Shown: in pieces, positions 1 through 19,789 of the stretch
How the letters are laid out: every line of letters begins with the position of its first letter
How positions within the stretch are numbered: position 1 is the first letter of the stretch
Position numbers and translations under genes: made by a program
The notes under the pieces: generated by a model
Seen by the model: only the letters and a program-made list of their open reading frames with translations
Database searches by the model: none
Told to the model about the DNA's origin: nothing
Assembly (NCBI RefSeq): GCF_009914755.1
Contig: NC_060947.1
Length of the DNA stretch: 64,000 nt
Reading direction: 5' to 3' (one strand)
DNA from: the human T2T-CHM13v2.0 reference genome, Homo sapiens

Positions 1-786
1 CCTCCTGAATAGCTGAGACTACAGGTGCACCCCACCATGCCCAGCTAATTTTTAAATTTTTAAATTGTATTTTTACTTTTACTCCTCCCTGTCCATCTGA
101 GTGTTTCCTGTTCCCCGGGACTGTTCTCTGTGGCCCTGCAACTGCTCTTCCCTCCCTCTGGCTTTCCCCGCTTCCCTTGCTGCTTCCTGTACAGCTGTTT
201 GCTGCCTGCCCAGATCTGTCCCTGCTCCCTTTGCTGGTCGTTGTTCCCTCTGACTTTTCCTTGGTCCCTCTGTTTCCTATTCCCTCTAAATGTCTCTTGT
301 TCCTTCCGAGTACCCCCGTTCTTTTATCGCTTTCTTTGACTCTACCTGGATCGCTCTAACTATTCATGCCTCCTGTTTCCTGTTCTGACTGTCCTGTGTT
401 CCCTTTGTTGTCCCTCCAGCTGATCCTTGTTCTGTGGCACCATTCTGATTGTGTGCTAGTCTACCTGACTGTTCCCTGGTCCCTAAGGGCCTTTCTTGTT
501 CCTTCCAGCTGTTCCTGGCTCACACAGACTGACTGCTGTTGGATTCTGCTGACTAATCTCTAGTCTCCTGATTCTTCCCTGTCCTTGGACAGTTCCTTGA
601 GTACATTTCTTTCTTTCCATTCTTTCCTTCTTTTTCTTCCTCCCTTCCTGTTTCTGAGACAGGGCGTCACTCTGCCACCCAGGCTGGAGTGCAGTGGCAC
701 AATCACGGCTCACTGCAGCCTCCACCTCCCAGGCTCAGATGATCCTCCCACCTCAGTACCACCCTACCCGGCTGATTTTTTTTTTG

Positions 787-814
787 TATGTATATATATA
801 TATATATCACACAC

Positions 815-847
<33 letters not shown>

Positions 848-890
848 TATGTGTACACACACACACACACACATACACACACATATATTT
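787..890. repeat. Compound (TA)n/(CA)n microsatellite in an Alu middle region
   Basis: Seen directly. Confidence 0.9.
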
Positions 891-1218
891 ATTTATTTTG
901 TAGACATGGGGTTTCACCATGTTGCCCAGGCTGGTCTTCAAACAATCCTCCCGCTTTGGCCTCCCAAAGTGTTGGGATTACAGGTGCGAACCACCGTGCC
1001 TGGCCATTGAATACATTTCTACTATGCTCTCCCGTGATGTTCATGCATCTGGTCTGTGGACCACACTTTGAGTAGTACCTAACTAGCTAGCTTATGCCCT
1101 TACCCACTAAAGTGCACTATTGCGTGTTCTATGCCACAGCTGGATTCTGTACTTCCACTGCCTCCATTACTCAACATTACATCTAACTATTGGCTGGTTC
1201 CTCTGATTGCTTCCTGGG

Positions 1219-1315
1219 TAGGGTGACCAAGTGTCTCAGTTTGCCCAGGAATGTTCCTGTTCTAGCACTGGAAGTCCCATGTCCCCTCAGTCACAGGCAA
1301 ACCAGGATGGTCCTG
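1219..1315. mobile_element. MER94/MER81-like hAT-Blackjack MITE
   Basis: TAGGGTGACC terminus followed by TTTGCCCAGG...TAGCACTG...GTCCC...CCCTCAGTC...GCAAACCAGGA, resembling the recalled consensus. Confidence 0.55.
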
Positions 1316-2550
1316 GGAACTCTGGCTGTTTCCCAGACTCTCCAACTGTGCCTTCACCCCAGTAACTACTGCATGGGCCCTCGGGCTGTTAACTCGCTTC
1401 AGTTATACCATTCTTTCTGGCTCTCCTCTAGTCTCTCTAGCTGGCCACTGGTCAATCAGGCTGCTACCCACACTGGATACATGTTTAATGCTCACTTGAC
1501 TTGTTCCCTAGTTCCTCTGGTTACTTCCCAGGGCCTCTGGTGGACCCTCAGCCCCAAGCACATTTTGGCTGCTCCCTCTGGCTGCCCCCCAGCCTCAGTG
1601 ACTGTTCCTTGCTCCAGGTGTTCCACAGTACTCTAGGCCATTCTGCAGCTTCAGAGGCTCTTCTCTCATCTTTCCACCTGTTCCATGGGCTCTGTCCCTT
1701 CCCTGATCCCTCTGCCCATTCTACAGCCTCAGCAATTGTCTCCTGCTTCCTCTGACTGCAATCCATTCTCTGGGTCGTATTTCACATTTCTTGTTCCCTG
1801 GTATCACTGTCTTTTGCCTGTGCCCTCAAGCTCTCTTCTAAACCAAGGAACTGCTTCCTGGTTCCTCGGGAAGTTGCTTGTCCCTCAGGCTCATACCCAG
1901 TTCCTTGGATATGTTTGCCTTTTCCATTTTATCTGATTCTTCTGCTTCCTCACCCCTCTGGATACTGACTGCTCCGTCTGGCTGCTATTTGGTTCCTCTA
2001 TTTCCTGATACCTCCTCCTATTTCATGATCCTTCTCACTGTTCTTTAACCCTCGGCTCTTCCCTGCTCCTCAGTGATCACCACTTCTCCAGCCTCAGAAA
2101 CTGTTTCTTGGTCTCTGGCTCCAGCGTCTGACTCATGTCCTGTTTGCTTCATTATTCTTCCACCTATACCCTGGACCCCTTGGCTATTCTTCATCTCTAG
2201 TAAGTGCACCATGGTACCTGTTCCTTATTCCGTTGTGACTCCTCCCAGCCCTCTTTACCTTACTGATCCCTCTGCTTCTTCTCCATCTTCAGCCACTGTT
2301 TCTTGGTACAACTGGCTGCTCCTCAAACCCTGGGGATATTTTTATTGGTTCCTAGGTATCTCTGCCTATACCCCGCTCCCTGATGTTTAATGAAAAAACC
2401 AAGAACCTAACCAATAAATAAGTCAATAAATAATATTCCCCCCAGGGTCTCGGTCATTTCCATCTCTTGAGGTGGGTCAGAGATCTGTGGTTGGGAAAGA
2501 AGAGATGAATGGAGAAATGTGCCTTGCAGAGCCCAGAATCATTCGTCTAG

Positions 2551-3221
<671 letters not shown>

Positions 3222-3428
3222 TGAGATCTATTGCAGTTTGGTGGCTATAGTTAATAATGATGTAATGTTATTTCAAAATTGCAAAGGGAGCAGATTTTAA
3301 ATGTTCACATCACCAAAGAAATAAGTCTTTGAGGTAATGGATATGTTAATTAGGTTGATTTAAATATTCTACAATGTATACAAATATCAAAACATCACAT
3401 TGTACACCATAAATATACATAATTATTA

Positions 3429-3740
<312 letters not shown>

Positions 3741-4370
3741 TTATGGACATCATAAGTGTATGAAGAAAAATACTTGCTGCTTAGCAAATTATGTTAAACT
3801 GCCCAGTTAAAAATGAGGTAACCAAAGAGTATGATTCTGTTTTAAAACTTTAGCTATATATGTGTATGTGTATAGTATGTAGCACACTCTGGCCCCACAC
3901 GTATACTCACACACATGCACACATGCACATACAAAGGAAAAAACAACTGAAAGGAAATACAGCTAAATGTTAACACTGGTTAACTTTGGGTAATGTTGGA
4001 ACGACAAGTAATTTTTTAGTTTCTTCTATTTGCTAACGTATACTTTCTAATATTTTATTATGAAGTTATAAAATGACCAAAAAAAAAAATTTAAAAGTTT
4101 AATATTATCCTAATGACTGCATGACCCTGAGTCCCTGAGATAATGAACCCTTCCAGAGCCAACAGCATCCACAGGTAGGTCTGAAAGGAGGGAGCTGTCG
4201 GGCAGGGTCTGGCTCGCTCGTGGTCCTCCTCGGCTTATAGAATCTCAATGGGAACTCTGATCTGAAAGGGAGCTCTGAGCGGGAAACCTGATCTCAGCTG
4301 TGGTGCGGTGAGGGTGGAAGACACAGTCAGGAGACCTGGCTCCAGTCTAGTGTTGTCACCGCCAACTTGA

Positions 4371-4617
<247 letters not shown>

Positions 4618-5203
4618 TGAACTCCTGACCTCAAGCAATCCACCCACCTCGGCCTCCCAAAGGTGCTGGGATTACAGGCATGAGCCACCGTGCCCGGCCA
4701 TTTTATTCGTCTTTGAAAGAAGGGACAGCCAGAACGGCCCCAGAGACTGTGGTGGCCCTACTACCCTGCCAGTCTCTAAGTTCCAAAGAAAAAGGATTTT
4801 TCTCTACCTAAATCAGGATAGAGGAGAAATCGCCAGATCCCCAGAGACCTGGGGGAAAGGGGCACTGGTGGGGATCAGCCGACATCTGTAAAGAGCCGAT
4901 GGAGAGGGAAGGGTTGGTGCTGTGGTGGGGGATGGAGGCTCCCTGGCTATGGATAGTGGCTGCTTCTACCTGGACCTCACCCTCATTTGCCCTGCAGGGA
5001 GCTGCCCCCACTCCCTAGGCTGTAGGGCTCACCTTCCACATTCTCCCTCTCCTCTAGTGTAATCAGCCACATTACACTGTCCACTGAAACACACGGGGCT
5101 TTGGATGTGGCCTCATCAGCCAAGTGGTGCTCACTCTCAGCAAGAGGACCCTGATCTGTCTCCAGGGTGGCAGGTCCGGAATCTGCCACTTCCTCTGACT
5201 CAC

Positions 5204-5289
5204 CTGCTTCTGCCCTTAGGCCCTGGGGACAGGTCAGGGTATCTCTTCACTGAATGAATTCTTGCCTCTGGGGTCCTCTCCCTCCTCAC
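5204..5289 (-). CDS. ZNF41: Alternative 3' extension of the ZNF41 first coding exon (second splice donor)
   Basis: The frame continues VRRERTPEARIHSVKRYPDLSPGPKGRS to a consensus donor CAG|GTGAGT (exon end 5204, phase 2). This matches my recollection of the long ZNF41 isoform. Confidence 0.75.
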
Positions 5290-5361
5290 CTCACATGAGC
5301 TGCCACGTCCCTCTGCAGCCAGGGCCGGGGACCATGGGGGAGAGTCCCCATTAGCTGCCAT
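5290..5361 (-). CDS. ZNF41: First coding exon (coding part, 24 codons) of KRAB zinc finger protein ZNF41
   Basis: ATG at 5361 reads MAANGDSPPWSPALAAEGRGSSCE, which I recognise as the ZNF41 N-terminus. It ends at a phase-0 donor GAG|GTGAGG (exon end 5290). The KRAB and zinc-finger exons must lie left of position 1. Confidence 0.9.
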
Positions 5362-5640
5362 GTTCACGCTGGGCCTCAGCCCTCAGGCTCTCCTGCTGAC
5401 AACCCCACTCTTCCCCAAGCTGGAAGCTGAGCTGGCATCTGTGGACTCAACCGGAGCTGCTGGGGCGAGGCAAGCAGGGGTCAGAAGGAAGATCCTGCAG
5501 TTTCCACTAAGAAGCCTGGCCCCCAGACTCTGCAGAGGCTCCAAGAAACCCTGGAAAGACAGTGTCCACATGGTCATCACTCCACGTTCACTCACAAATG
5601 TTTTCTGGTGGTGCCCAGGGGCCGCTCACTGTGCTGGATG
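5362..5640 (-). other. ZNF41: 5' UTR part of ZNF41 exon 2
   Basis: Strong acceptor on the minus strand, CTTTTCTCTTCCGCAG (AG at 5642-5641), 279 nt upstream of the ATG. Confidence 0.75.
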
Positions 5641-5729
5641 CTGCGGAAGAGAAAAGTTCGGTAAAACCCACACCAAGTATTAAAGCAAAACATGGGGAAA
5701 ATTCACAAGATCTGGTGTAAAATGAATGA

Positions 5730-6125
5730 GGGTTTGTATTTAAGCTCTTCTATGTTCTAGCTAGAATTTGGGGAAGTCACTTTATGTGAAGTTTCTTCAT
5801 CTTTAACAGGATGAAAATACCTATCTCATAGGGTTGTTAGAATTAAATGAAATGATGCTTCTACGCACACCTACTTGGTACCTGGAACATGCTCAACTCA
5901 TATTAAATAGTGCTATTATTACAAGGTGCGAGGCATGTTTTATTAGGTACCTCATTTAATTTTCACACTCATCCTGTGGACTAGGCATTACTATTATTAC
6001 TAATCCCATTTACCATCAGATAGAGCTGTTCAGAAATATTAAGAAATTTGCCCCAGGATCACTCAGATAAGGGGGAAGGACAAGGATTCAAACCCAGGTA
6101 TGCCTGGCTCCAAAGCATACTTTCT
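5730..6125. mobile_element. Two MIR fragments in opposite orientations
   Basis: MIR core motifs: AAGTCACTT...GTTTCTTCATCT...ATACCTATCTCATAGGGTTGTT and CCCATTT...TTGCCCCAGGATCAC...GGATTCAAACCCAGG. Confidence 0.6.
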
Positions 6126-6910
6126 TAACTATTGAGCCATTTGGTACTCTATACATGGCAGAATCACAATAAACACTGTGGTTCCTGCTACCTTCAAAGT
6201 GCTCTGGCTGAGGGGTGACCATGCCACTTGAGCATAAACTGAGCTTCTGTGTAATTCAGTGTACATTCTATGCAAAGGATAGAGCCCATCTTCTTCTGTC
6301 AAAGATGAAAACTCATACTTATCCCTTCCCATCAGGCCCTGAAAACCTGCAGGTCTGCACAGGCTCCCAAATCCCTATAGCCCACACCGTTGACAAAAAA
6401 CTGTGTCCCAAATGGTGTCATCAACTGGTTTCCACAGGCTCCTCAAATTATCACCAACCCAGGCAGCACACCATCAATAGGATCAATGACTCCCATAAAA
6501 CCCTCAGTAATAGAAGTTCTAGTCCATTACAAAGCAACTCACACAGTACTATGATAACCAATGTCCATAGGTCCCAATCCAGGACTGCTACAGGCCCCCC
6601 AAAACTGACTTGTAATCCCTGTGAATCCCAGACTTGCAATCATTCACCACCTTAGCACCCCAATCAATAAACTCTCATGGACTGAATCGATGACCTCAGA
6701 TACTGACATTTCCAACACTTCCAGGCAGAACCAACACGTCATTTACAAGGAAAAGGGATCACAATGGCACTAGATTTATTTGCAACAACAGAAGCCATGT
6801 TAGAAGAAAACTCTACAAATCATTGAGACAGAAGGACTGACATCCAAGAATTCTAAACCTGCCCTAGCTAGATACCATTCTTTTGTCAGAGCAAAAGAAA
6901 GACAATTTTA

Positions 6911-7303
<393 letters not shown>

Positions 7304-7571
7304 CTAAACAATGGTAAATGGAATAGAAACAGAAATGTCAAAACAGGAAAGCAGTTTTGAGAAAGGATTCTTGCAATTGATATATAATTATATCTGGATA
7401 AAGAAAAACAATGTAATTGGGCATTTGTAGTAAATAAGGCTGTTACTATTAACTATGTGGAAATTTAAAAATTCCCTGGCCGGGTGCCATGACTCACGCC
7501 TGTAATTCCAGCACTTTGGGAGGCCAAGGCGAGCGGATCACGAAGTCAGGAGATCAAGACCATCCTGGCTA

Positions 7572-7793
<222 letters not shown>

Positions 7794-8090
7794 TTACTGA
7801 GTGAAATGAGGAGAAGGCAAATTACAAATTTCCATGGGCAGATATTGGTACCATATTATTTGGATTTAGTAATATAGAAAATATATACAATCATATTTGT
7901 AAGGAAGGTAAAGGCAACTACTAGCAGAAATTGATTAAAAAATAATCAAAATTCCAAACAATCAAAATTCAAAAGTAATAAAAACCTAAAAGGAAAGAGA
8001 AACATGACTGAGGCCGGGCGCAGTGGCTCACACCTGTAATCCTAGCACTTTGGGAGGCCGAGGCAGGCGAATCACGAGGTCAGGAGTTCA

Positions 8091-8605
<515 letters not shown>

Positions 8606-8931
8606 TCAAAAAAAAAAAAAATAGTAAACAAAAAATAATAGGAGAAAAAAAGGAAAAAAAATAATAGGAGGCATAAAATCAAGTATGTTATAATGCAAAG
8701 AAATTGAAATGAGTTGAATTCTGCTACAAAAGACAAAGATTATGGGACTGGGCTAAAAAACAAAATATAGTTGCAACATGTCTAAAACAAAATGATGAAG
8801 ATGTGAAATGAAGCATTTGATAGAAACACACCATATCGTTGATCATTCTTTCCTTAATGGTTGGCTTGTTAGGAAACCTTCACCTACCTCAGGGTCATGT
8901 AAAAGTTTTATCATTTTAGCTTTCACATTTA

Positions 8932-9393
<462 letters not shown>

Positions 9394-10301
9394 TCATATA
9401 TGTGGGGGCCATTCCTGAACTCTGTATTTCCATTGGTTTATTTGTCTATTCTGGGACCAGTGTTATAGTCTTAATTAATGTGCTTTATATTAAGTCCTGA
9501 TAAAGGATACCTAAATTGGACTACATTAAAATTAAGGACTTCTGTTCATCAGAAGATAAAATTAAAAATGTAAAGGCAAATCCTACAGTGGCAGAAGGTA
9601 ATTGTAATACCTATATTTGACAAATGATTAATATCTCAAATATATCAAGAATGTCTAGAAATCACTAAGAGCCACAGAAAAAGGGCAAAAGGAACAGGCA
9701 TTTCACAAAGAAAATATCCAAACAGCAAATAAGTTTATAAAAAGATGCTCGACTTCACCAGTTGGCAAGGAAATAGAAGTTAAACTACAATAAGATAATC
9801 CTCCACATAATCCTCCATATCTACAATAAGATAATCCCACCAGAAATTGCCAAAATGAAAAAGATGGGAAATAAACAAGAGTGGGCAAGGATGTGGAGCA
9901 GCCAAAACTCATAGATTGCTTGTTAGGATCATAAACTAGTACATACACTTTGAAAAACTGTTTGGTAGTATCTATTAATGGTGAATACATGCAACATCCT
10001 ATGACCCTGCTATTTGACTCCAGTTCTCTCTCACTCAAGAGAAATGCAAATATATGTTTACTAAAAGAGATGATAATGCTCATGGTAGCTTTATTCAAAA
10101 CTAAAAATTATGTAAATGCCCATCAACATCAGAATGGATAGACAAGTTGTGTTATATTTATACAAGGAAATACTACACAGCAATGAGAAAGAATAAATTG
10201 CCATACTCAACAAGCATGAGTCTCATCCCATGAACACTCTGTTAAACTAAAGAAGCCAGACTCAAAAAAGCAATGAAGCAATGCCATATGATTATGTTTA
10301 A

Positions 10302-11005
<704 letters not shown>

Positions 11006-12127
11006 TAATCGTCCTGCCTCAGCCTCCTAAGTCGCTGGGACTACAGGTGCATGCCACCACACCCAGCTAAAAAACATGACTTCTTGAGAGCTAGTAACAT
11101 TTCTTCATCTAGGTGGTGGCTATGCAGGTTTGTCTGGTCTGTTAAAAAATCATCAAGCTAAATATGCACAATGTGTGTACTTTTCTGTATTATATTTCAA
11201 TGAGGATTTAAAACTATACAATTTACTAGGCAAATACCAAGAAAATGAAAGAAGATCTGAAAATACAATTATCGTGGGGGAAATTAAGGTCCAAAGCACT
11301 CAACAGATTAACAAAAAAGGGGAATATCTTTTAATAATAAAAGAAACAATAAAGAAGTACTAACTGGCATAAACCTTCAGGATCATTCAACGCATACAAA
11401 TAAAACCAGCACAAATGCATTAAACCACATGAAGTCTTAAAAATCATAATTGTTTTTGTATTATATTTAACAAGTGTTGCTATTAAGGTTATGCCAGTTT
11501 TCAAAAGGAACTCAGGAAATTTATTTTTATGTGTTAAAATGGCATAGATATTATCTTCTTTAAAGTTCAGCTATAAACACATTTAGAACTGGTACCTTTT
11601 AAAAATGGTACATTTTAACTATTTTCCTTTCTTTGAATTTTGGTCTTTACCAAATGTTGGAGAGGATGCAGATAAACTAGATCTCTAACATATTGCCAGC
11701 AGGAATGTAAAGTGGTACAGCCACTCTGGAAAATAGTTTGGCAGCTTCTTTAAAAACTAAAATACTTATCACTTGATCCAGCAATTGCAATTCTGGGCAT
11801 TCATACCAGAGAAAGGAAATCTTATGTGTATACAAAAACCTGTACAAGACTGTTCGTTACAGCTTGATATGTAATAGCCTCAGACTGGAAACAAGCAAAA
11901 TGGCCCTCAATAGGTGAATGGCTAAACAAACTGTAGTAAATCTATAATATGGAATACTACTCAGCAACAAAAAGAAATGAATTATCGTTCTAGCAACAGT
12001 TTGGATGGTTTTCAAGGACATTATGCTGAGTGAAAAAACCAACCTGAAAAGATCACACACATTGGGCCAGGCGCGGTGGCTCACGCCTGTAATCCCAGCA
12101 CTTTGGGAGGCCAAGGTGTGTGGATCA

Positions 12128-12355
<228 letters not shown>

Positions 12356-12443
12356 TCACAGACTGTATGGTTCCATTTATATAACATTCTCAAAATGGCA
12401 AAACTAGAGAAATGAGAAACAGATGGTTGGTTGCCAGGGGTTA

Positions 12444-12590
<147 letters not shown>

Positions 12591-13488
12591 CTACAAAAAA
12601 TTTAGAAAGTAGCCAGGCATGGTGGCATGCGCCTGTAGTCTCAGCTACTCAGGAGGCCAAGGCGGGAGGATCACTTGAACCCAAGAGTTGGAGGCTGCAG
12701 TGAGTGATGATGGCCCTACTGTACTTCAGCCTGAGCAACACAGTGAGAACCTGTCTAAAAAAAAAAAAAAAAAGAGTAGGCCGGGCACAGTTGCTCATGC
12801 CTGTAATCCCAGCACTTTGGGAGGCCGAGGCGGGTGGATCACGAGGTCAGGAGATTGAGACCATCCTGGCTAACATGGTGAAATCCCGTCTCTACTAAAA
12901 ATACAAAAATTTAGCCGGGTGTGGTGGTGTGCGCCTGTAATCCCAGCTACTCGGGAGGTTGAAAAAAAAAAAAGAAATTAAAAGAAGACAACAAAATATT
13001 CATGAGAACCCTGATCAAGGTAAAAGAGAAAGGAAAAAAAATATATATATATGTATATATACACCCACACACCTCACAAGCATGCACAGTTTTAGGAGTG
13101 AAAAAAGAAGCTATTGCCACAGGTATGGAAATGATCAAGGTAAATTAATGAAGCATTATGCACAGATGCACAAAAACATAACATCTCTAGCAAACATACA
13201 CTACCAAAATTAATCCCCCCCACCAGAAATCTGTAGAGCAATAATCAGAGAAAATAAAATAGTTAAAATTTGCCATTTTAAAAAAGGCATCAGTTCTAAA
13301 TGTGTATATAGTCGAACTTAAGAGAATGTCTATGCTATTTTAACACATAAAAAATGGAAATCTCCTGATTTCCTTTTAATAACTGGCATAACCTTAATAC
13401 CAACACTTGTTAAATATACTAAAAACAAGAAAACTATAAGCAAATTTTTTATAGTGGCAAAAATTCTAAATAAAATATTACTAACTCA

Positions 13489-13681
13489 GGCCTCCTGGTG
13501 CTTACCACAGGCTGTGTTCTTACACTGACTGTATAGAAAAAGAAGTGGGCCTGCCTTCTCTGTTCTTGTACTGACTGTATAGAAAGAGAAGAGCTCCTAC
13601 CCTATATACACCTCTGCCCAGGCTCTAGTCCTGGTCTGAATTGTGAATGGAGGGACATGGAGTTGAGGAAAAAGAAAAAAA
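13489..13681 (+). pseudogene. H/ACA snoRNA retrocopy, SNORA51 (ACA51)-like, with internal duplication
   Basis: GGCCTCCTGGTGCTTACCACAGGCTGTGTTCTTACACTGACTGTATAGAAA... matches SNORA51 as I recall it. ACA box at 13655-13657, A-tail 13669-13681, TSD core ATTACTAACTCA at 13477-13488 and 13685-13696. Confidence 0.75.
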
Positions 13682-13925
13682 TACATTACTAACTCAAATC
13701 TGACCATGACTCATAAGGAAAATTGCCTTTGACCAACAGAATTATCCCAGGAAGGCAAGGATGGATCCACATTATATATCAATATCATTCATTACAACAA
13801 CCAATTTAGGAAAATAACACCATTAGGCTATTACATCAAAAAGGCATCTGACATAATTCAAGAGCCATTCCTAAGAAAAATACAAATCAAGATAGGAACA
13901 TATGAAAACTATAAGGACACCATCA

Positions 13926-14366
<441 letters not shown>

Positions 14367-14654
14367 TCAATTTAAAAATAGGCCAAGGATTTGAATAGAT
14401 ATTTCTTCAAAGAAGATATACAGATGGGCAATAAGTACAGGAAAAGATGGTCAACATCAGTGGCCACTAGAGAAATGGAAATCAAAACCACAAGATACCA
14501 CTTCACACCTACTAGGAAGGATAGAATTAAAAAGACAATAAGCATTAGCAAGGATGTGATAAACTGGAACCCTCATACATTGCTGCTGGGACATAAAGTG
14601 GTGCAGCCGTTTTGGAAAATGGTTTGGCAATTCTTCAAAATGTTAAAAATAGAA

Positions 14655-15452
<798 letters not shown>

Positions 15453-16168
15453 TAAGCCTCCCCACATAACTGAGTTGCTTTTTCACAACTTAAGTATTCT
15501 TTGTCCAATCCAGTATATAAGTGATTGACTCTAACTACTACTTTGGGTCTTCATTTCTTTATGAAGGCTCCTGTGCCACATAAAACTTGTATTAAATAAA
15601 TCTGTACACTTTTCTCTGTTGATCTGTCATATGTCAATTTAACTTTCAGGCCCAGACAAAAAGAAATCCTAAAAGGGAAGAGGTAAATTTCTACCTCACT
15701 CCTTATACCAGTCATTCCACTCCTGGGTATCCACCCAAGAGAAATGAAAACATATGTCCATACAAAAACTTGTACGCAAATGCTCATAGCAGCATTATTC
15801 ATAATAGCTAAAAAGTGGAAACAACCCAAATGTCCATCGACTGATGAATGGATAAACAAAATGTGGTGTATCCATACAATGAAATATCATTCAGGAATAA
15901 AAAGACATGAAGTACTTCTAAAATAAACTGATAGAAACAGATAGTAGAATGGTGGTTGCCAGGGGCTGAGAGGAGGGGGTAATAAGAAGTTGCTATTCAA
16001 CGGGTTAAAATTTCAGGTATACAAGAGGGAAGTTCTAGAGATTGGCTGTATATTGCACCTATAGTTAACAGTACTGTATTGTGCACTTAAAAATTTAAGA
16101 GAATACGCCACATGCGGTGGCTCACACCAGTAATCCCAGCACTTTGGGAGGCCGAGGCAGGTAGATTA

Positions 16169-16481
<313 letters not shown>

Positions 16482-17758
16482 CTAATACATACTATAACAC
16501 GGATGAGCTTTGAAAACATTAGGCTAAGTTAAAGAAAACAATCATGGCCGGACACAGTGGATCATGCCTGTAGTCCCAGTACTTTGGGAGGCTGAGGTGG
16601 GCGGATCACCTGAGGTCAGGAGTTCAAGACCAGCCTGGCCAATGTCTCTACTAAAAATACAAAAGCTAGCCGGGCGTGGTGGCAGGCGCCTGTAATCGCA
16701 GCTACTTGGGAGGCTGAGGCAGGGAGAATTGCTTGAACCCAGGAGGCGGCAGCTGCAGTGAACTGAGATCCGGCCACTGCACTCCAGCCTGGGCGACAGA
16801 GTGAGACTCTGTCTAAAATAAATAAATAAGGCAATCATAAAAGACCACGTTTTATGATTCCATTTATATAAAATGTCTAGAATAGACCAATCTATAGAGA
16901 CAGGAAGTAAATTAGTGGTTGCCTGTGGCTAGGGGTGAGGGTTGGGAATGAGGAATGATTGCTAATGGGTACGATGTTTCCTTTTGGGATGATAAAATAC
17001 TCTAAAATTAGATTGTGATGATGGTTGCACAATTCAGTGAATATGCTAAGAACTGCTGAACTGTAAGCTTTAAATGGGTGAATTTTATGGTAGATGAATG
17101 ATACAATAAAGCTGTTAGAAAAAAAAAATCATAGCTAGTAAGTGCCAAGCAGGGTTGCAAAGCCAATGTCTGGCAAGGGGTAGGTATTCAATAAATGTTT
17201 ATTGAATAGATTAATGAATAAACACCTTTCACATTCAAATAAAAAATGCCCAAGTTATTTTCATTAACATTAGCAACAAGATAGCAAATACCCTCTATTA
17301 AATGTCACTCAACATTGTTCTGAAAGCTCTAACTAGTGCAACAGAAGATGAGGTGATCAGAATAAATATTTGAAAGGAAGAGACAGTATCATTTTTAATT
17401 GGATGGAATACGATAGCTAGGAAAAGTAAGAGACTGTAAAAAGCAACTACATTCATATGATAATTTGGTAATTGGATTGAATATGAAATAAAATTATAAA
17501 AATAGATTTTCCCTATGGAAATAGAAAAAAAATATGCTATTCACAATGATGATAAAAACAAAGGTAAAATATCTAAGGATGAACTGTTAAAAAAAAAAAA
17601 GGTGTTGGACCCATAAGAAAACTATAAAAATTATAGTTTTAGTGGTTATTTTTGAAACTAGATAAAATAGTTTTAACATTTACATGGAAGAATAAGGCTG
17701 GGTGCGGTGGCTCATGCCTGTAATCCCAGCACTTTGGGAGGCCGAGGCACGCAGATCA

Positions 17759-18013
<255 letters not shown>

Positions 18014-19121
18014 TTAATTAAAGCAACCAAAAAGAAAGCAAGGGGGACTAGTTCTACATGATGTTAAAACTATTTCTAAAGTCAATATGATTTTTTAAAA
18101 AGGAGTAGATACATATATCAGAAGAACTAAACAGAGTTCAGAAATAAAACAATACACATTTGGGAACTTATGTGACAAAAGTGACATTTAATTGAATTAG
18201 AAAAGGGTATTCATTTAACGACTGGTGCTGGAAAATTAGCTATCCAAATGGAATATACGAACTGATTCCATCTCATACCATACACCAAAATAAATTCCAG
18301 TTAGATTAAAATTTAACTTTAAAAAATTGAAATAAATATATTAAAAATAAATTTAAGGCGTATTTGTTTGAACATGAAATGAGGAAGTCACTAGGCAAGA
18401 CAAGACACTCAGAACCTGTAAAGGAAAAAGGCAGATATATCTTAATAGATGATTTTTTAAAAATCAAATGTGAAGACACCTTTCAAAGTCAAAATATAGA
18501 GATAGAGGAAATATAGTTACAATATAGGTTAATATTCACAAATTAGTAAGAAAGACAAACCACCTAAAGGAAAAAAAGGGCAAAGGATATGAAAAAGTTT
18601 AAATATATATTTCAATGGCCAATAAGAATGAAATAATGTTCAGTCACTAGTTGTCAGGAAAATGCACATCAAGGCAAACTAGATACCCTTGTGTTTGGCC
18701 CTCAGAATGGGGTAAATTAAAAAAAAATCCAATGTGGAACAGGATTTTGGAAGAAGCCTTCTCATATGTTGCTGGTAGGAGTTCCAATTTTACAAAAGTT
18801 TTGGAAAGTAGTTTGGTGGTATGTATTGAACTTAAAAGCATCATTCCTGCACGTAATGATCACTCAGGTGACAGCCTCTAACCACAATTTAGAAATCAAT
18901 AACAAAAATGTCAACGTTTTGGGAAATCAAAATCTCATATCTAAATAACCCAGTGGTAAGAGTGAACATTGCAACTGCAATTAGAAAACATTAGAAGGAA
19001 ACTATAGTGGAGATGCTACATATCAAAACTTGTGGGTCAGATGCTCACGCCTGTAGTTCCAGCACTTTGGGAGGATGAGGTGGGAGGACTACTTGAGGAT
19101 TGCTTGAGGCCAAGGAGTTCA

Positions 19122-19319
<198 letters not shown>

Positions 19320-19365
19320 TTAAAACAAAAATCAGCCTGGGCAACATAGTGAGACCCCGTGTCTA

Positions 19366-19581
<216 letters not shown>

Positions 19582-19789
19582 CTAAAGTGTTCTTAGAGAA
19601 AAATTTATAAACTGAATGTTTATATTATAAAATAAAATGACTGGATAGTAAGATAAGCATTAAATTCAGGACTTTAAAAATGAGAACAAAATTAAAAAAC
19701 AGAAAAGAAATAACGAAGTTAAGGGCAGATATTAATGACAGAGAAACAAAGATACAGGAGGACCAACAAAGTCAAAAGTAGGTTTTGAA

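Noticed and set aside
4983-5189. 68-aa minus-strand ORF next to the ZNF41 exon
   Set aside because: GTG start, lies beyond the distal donor in intron sequence, and has no KRAB motif.
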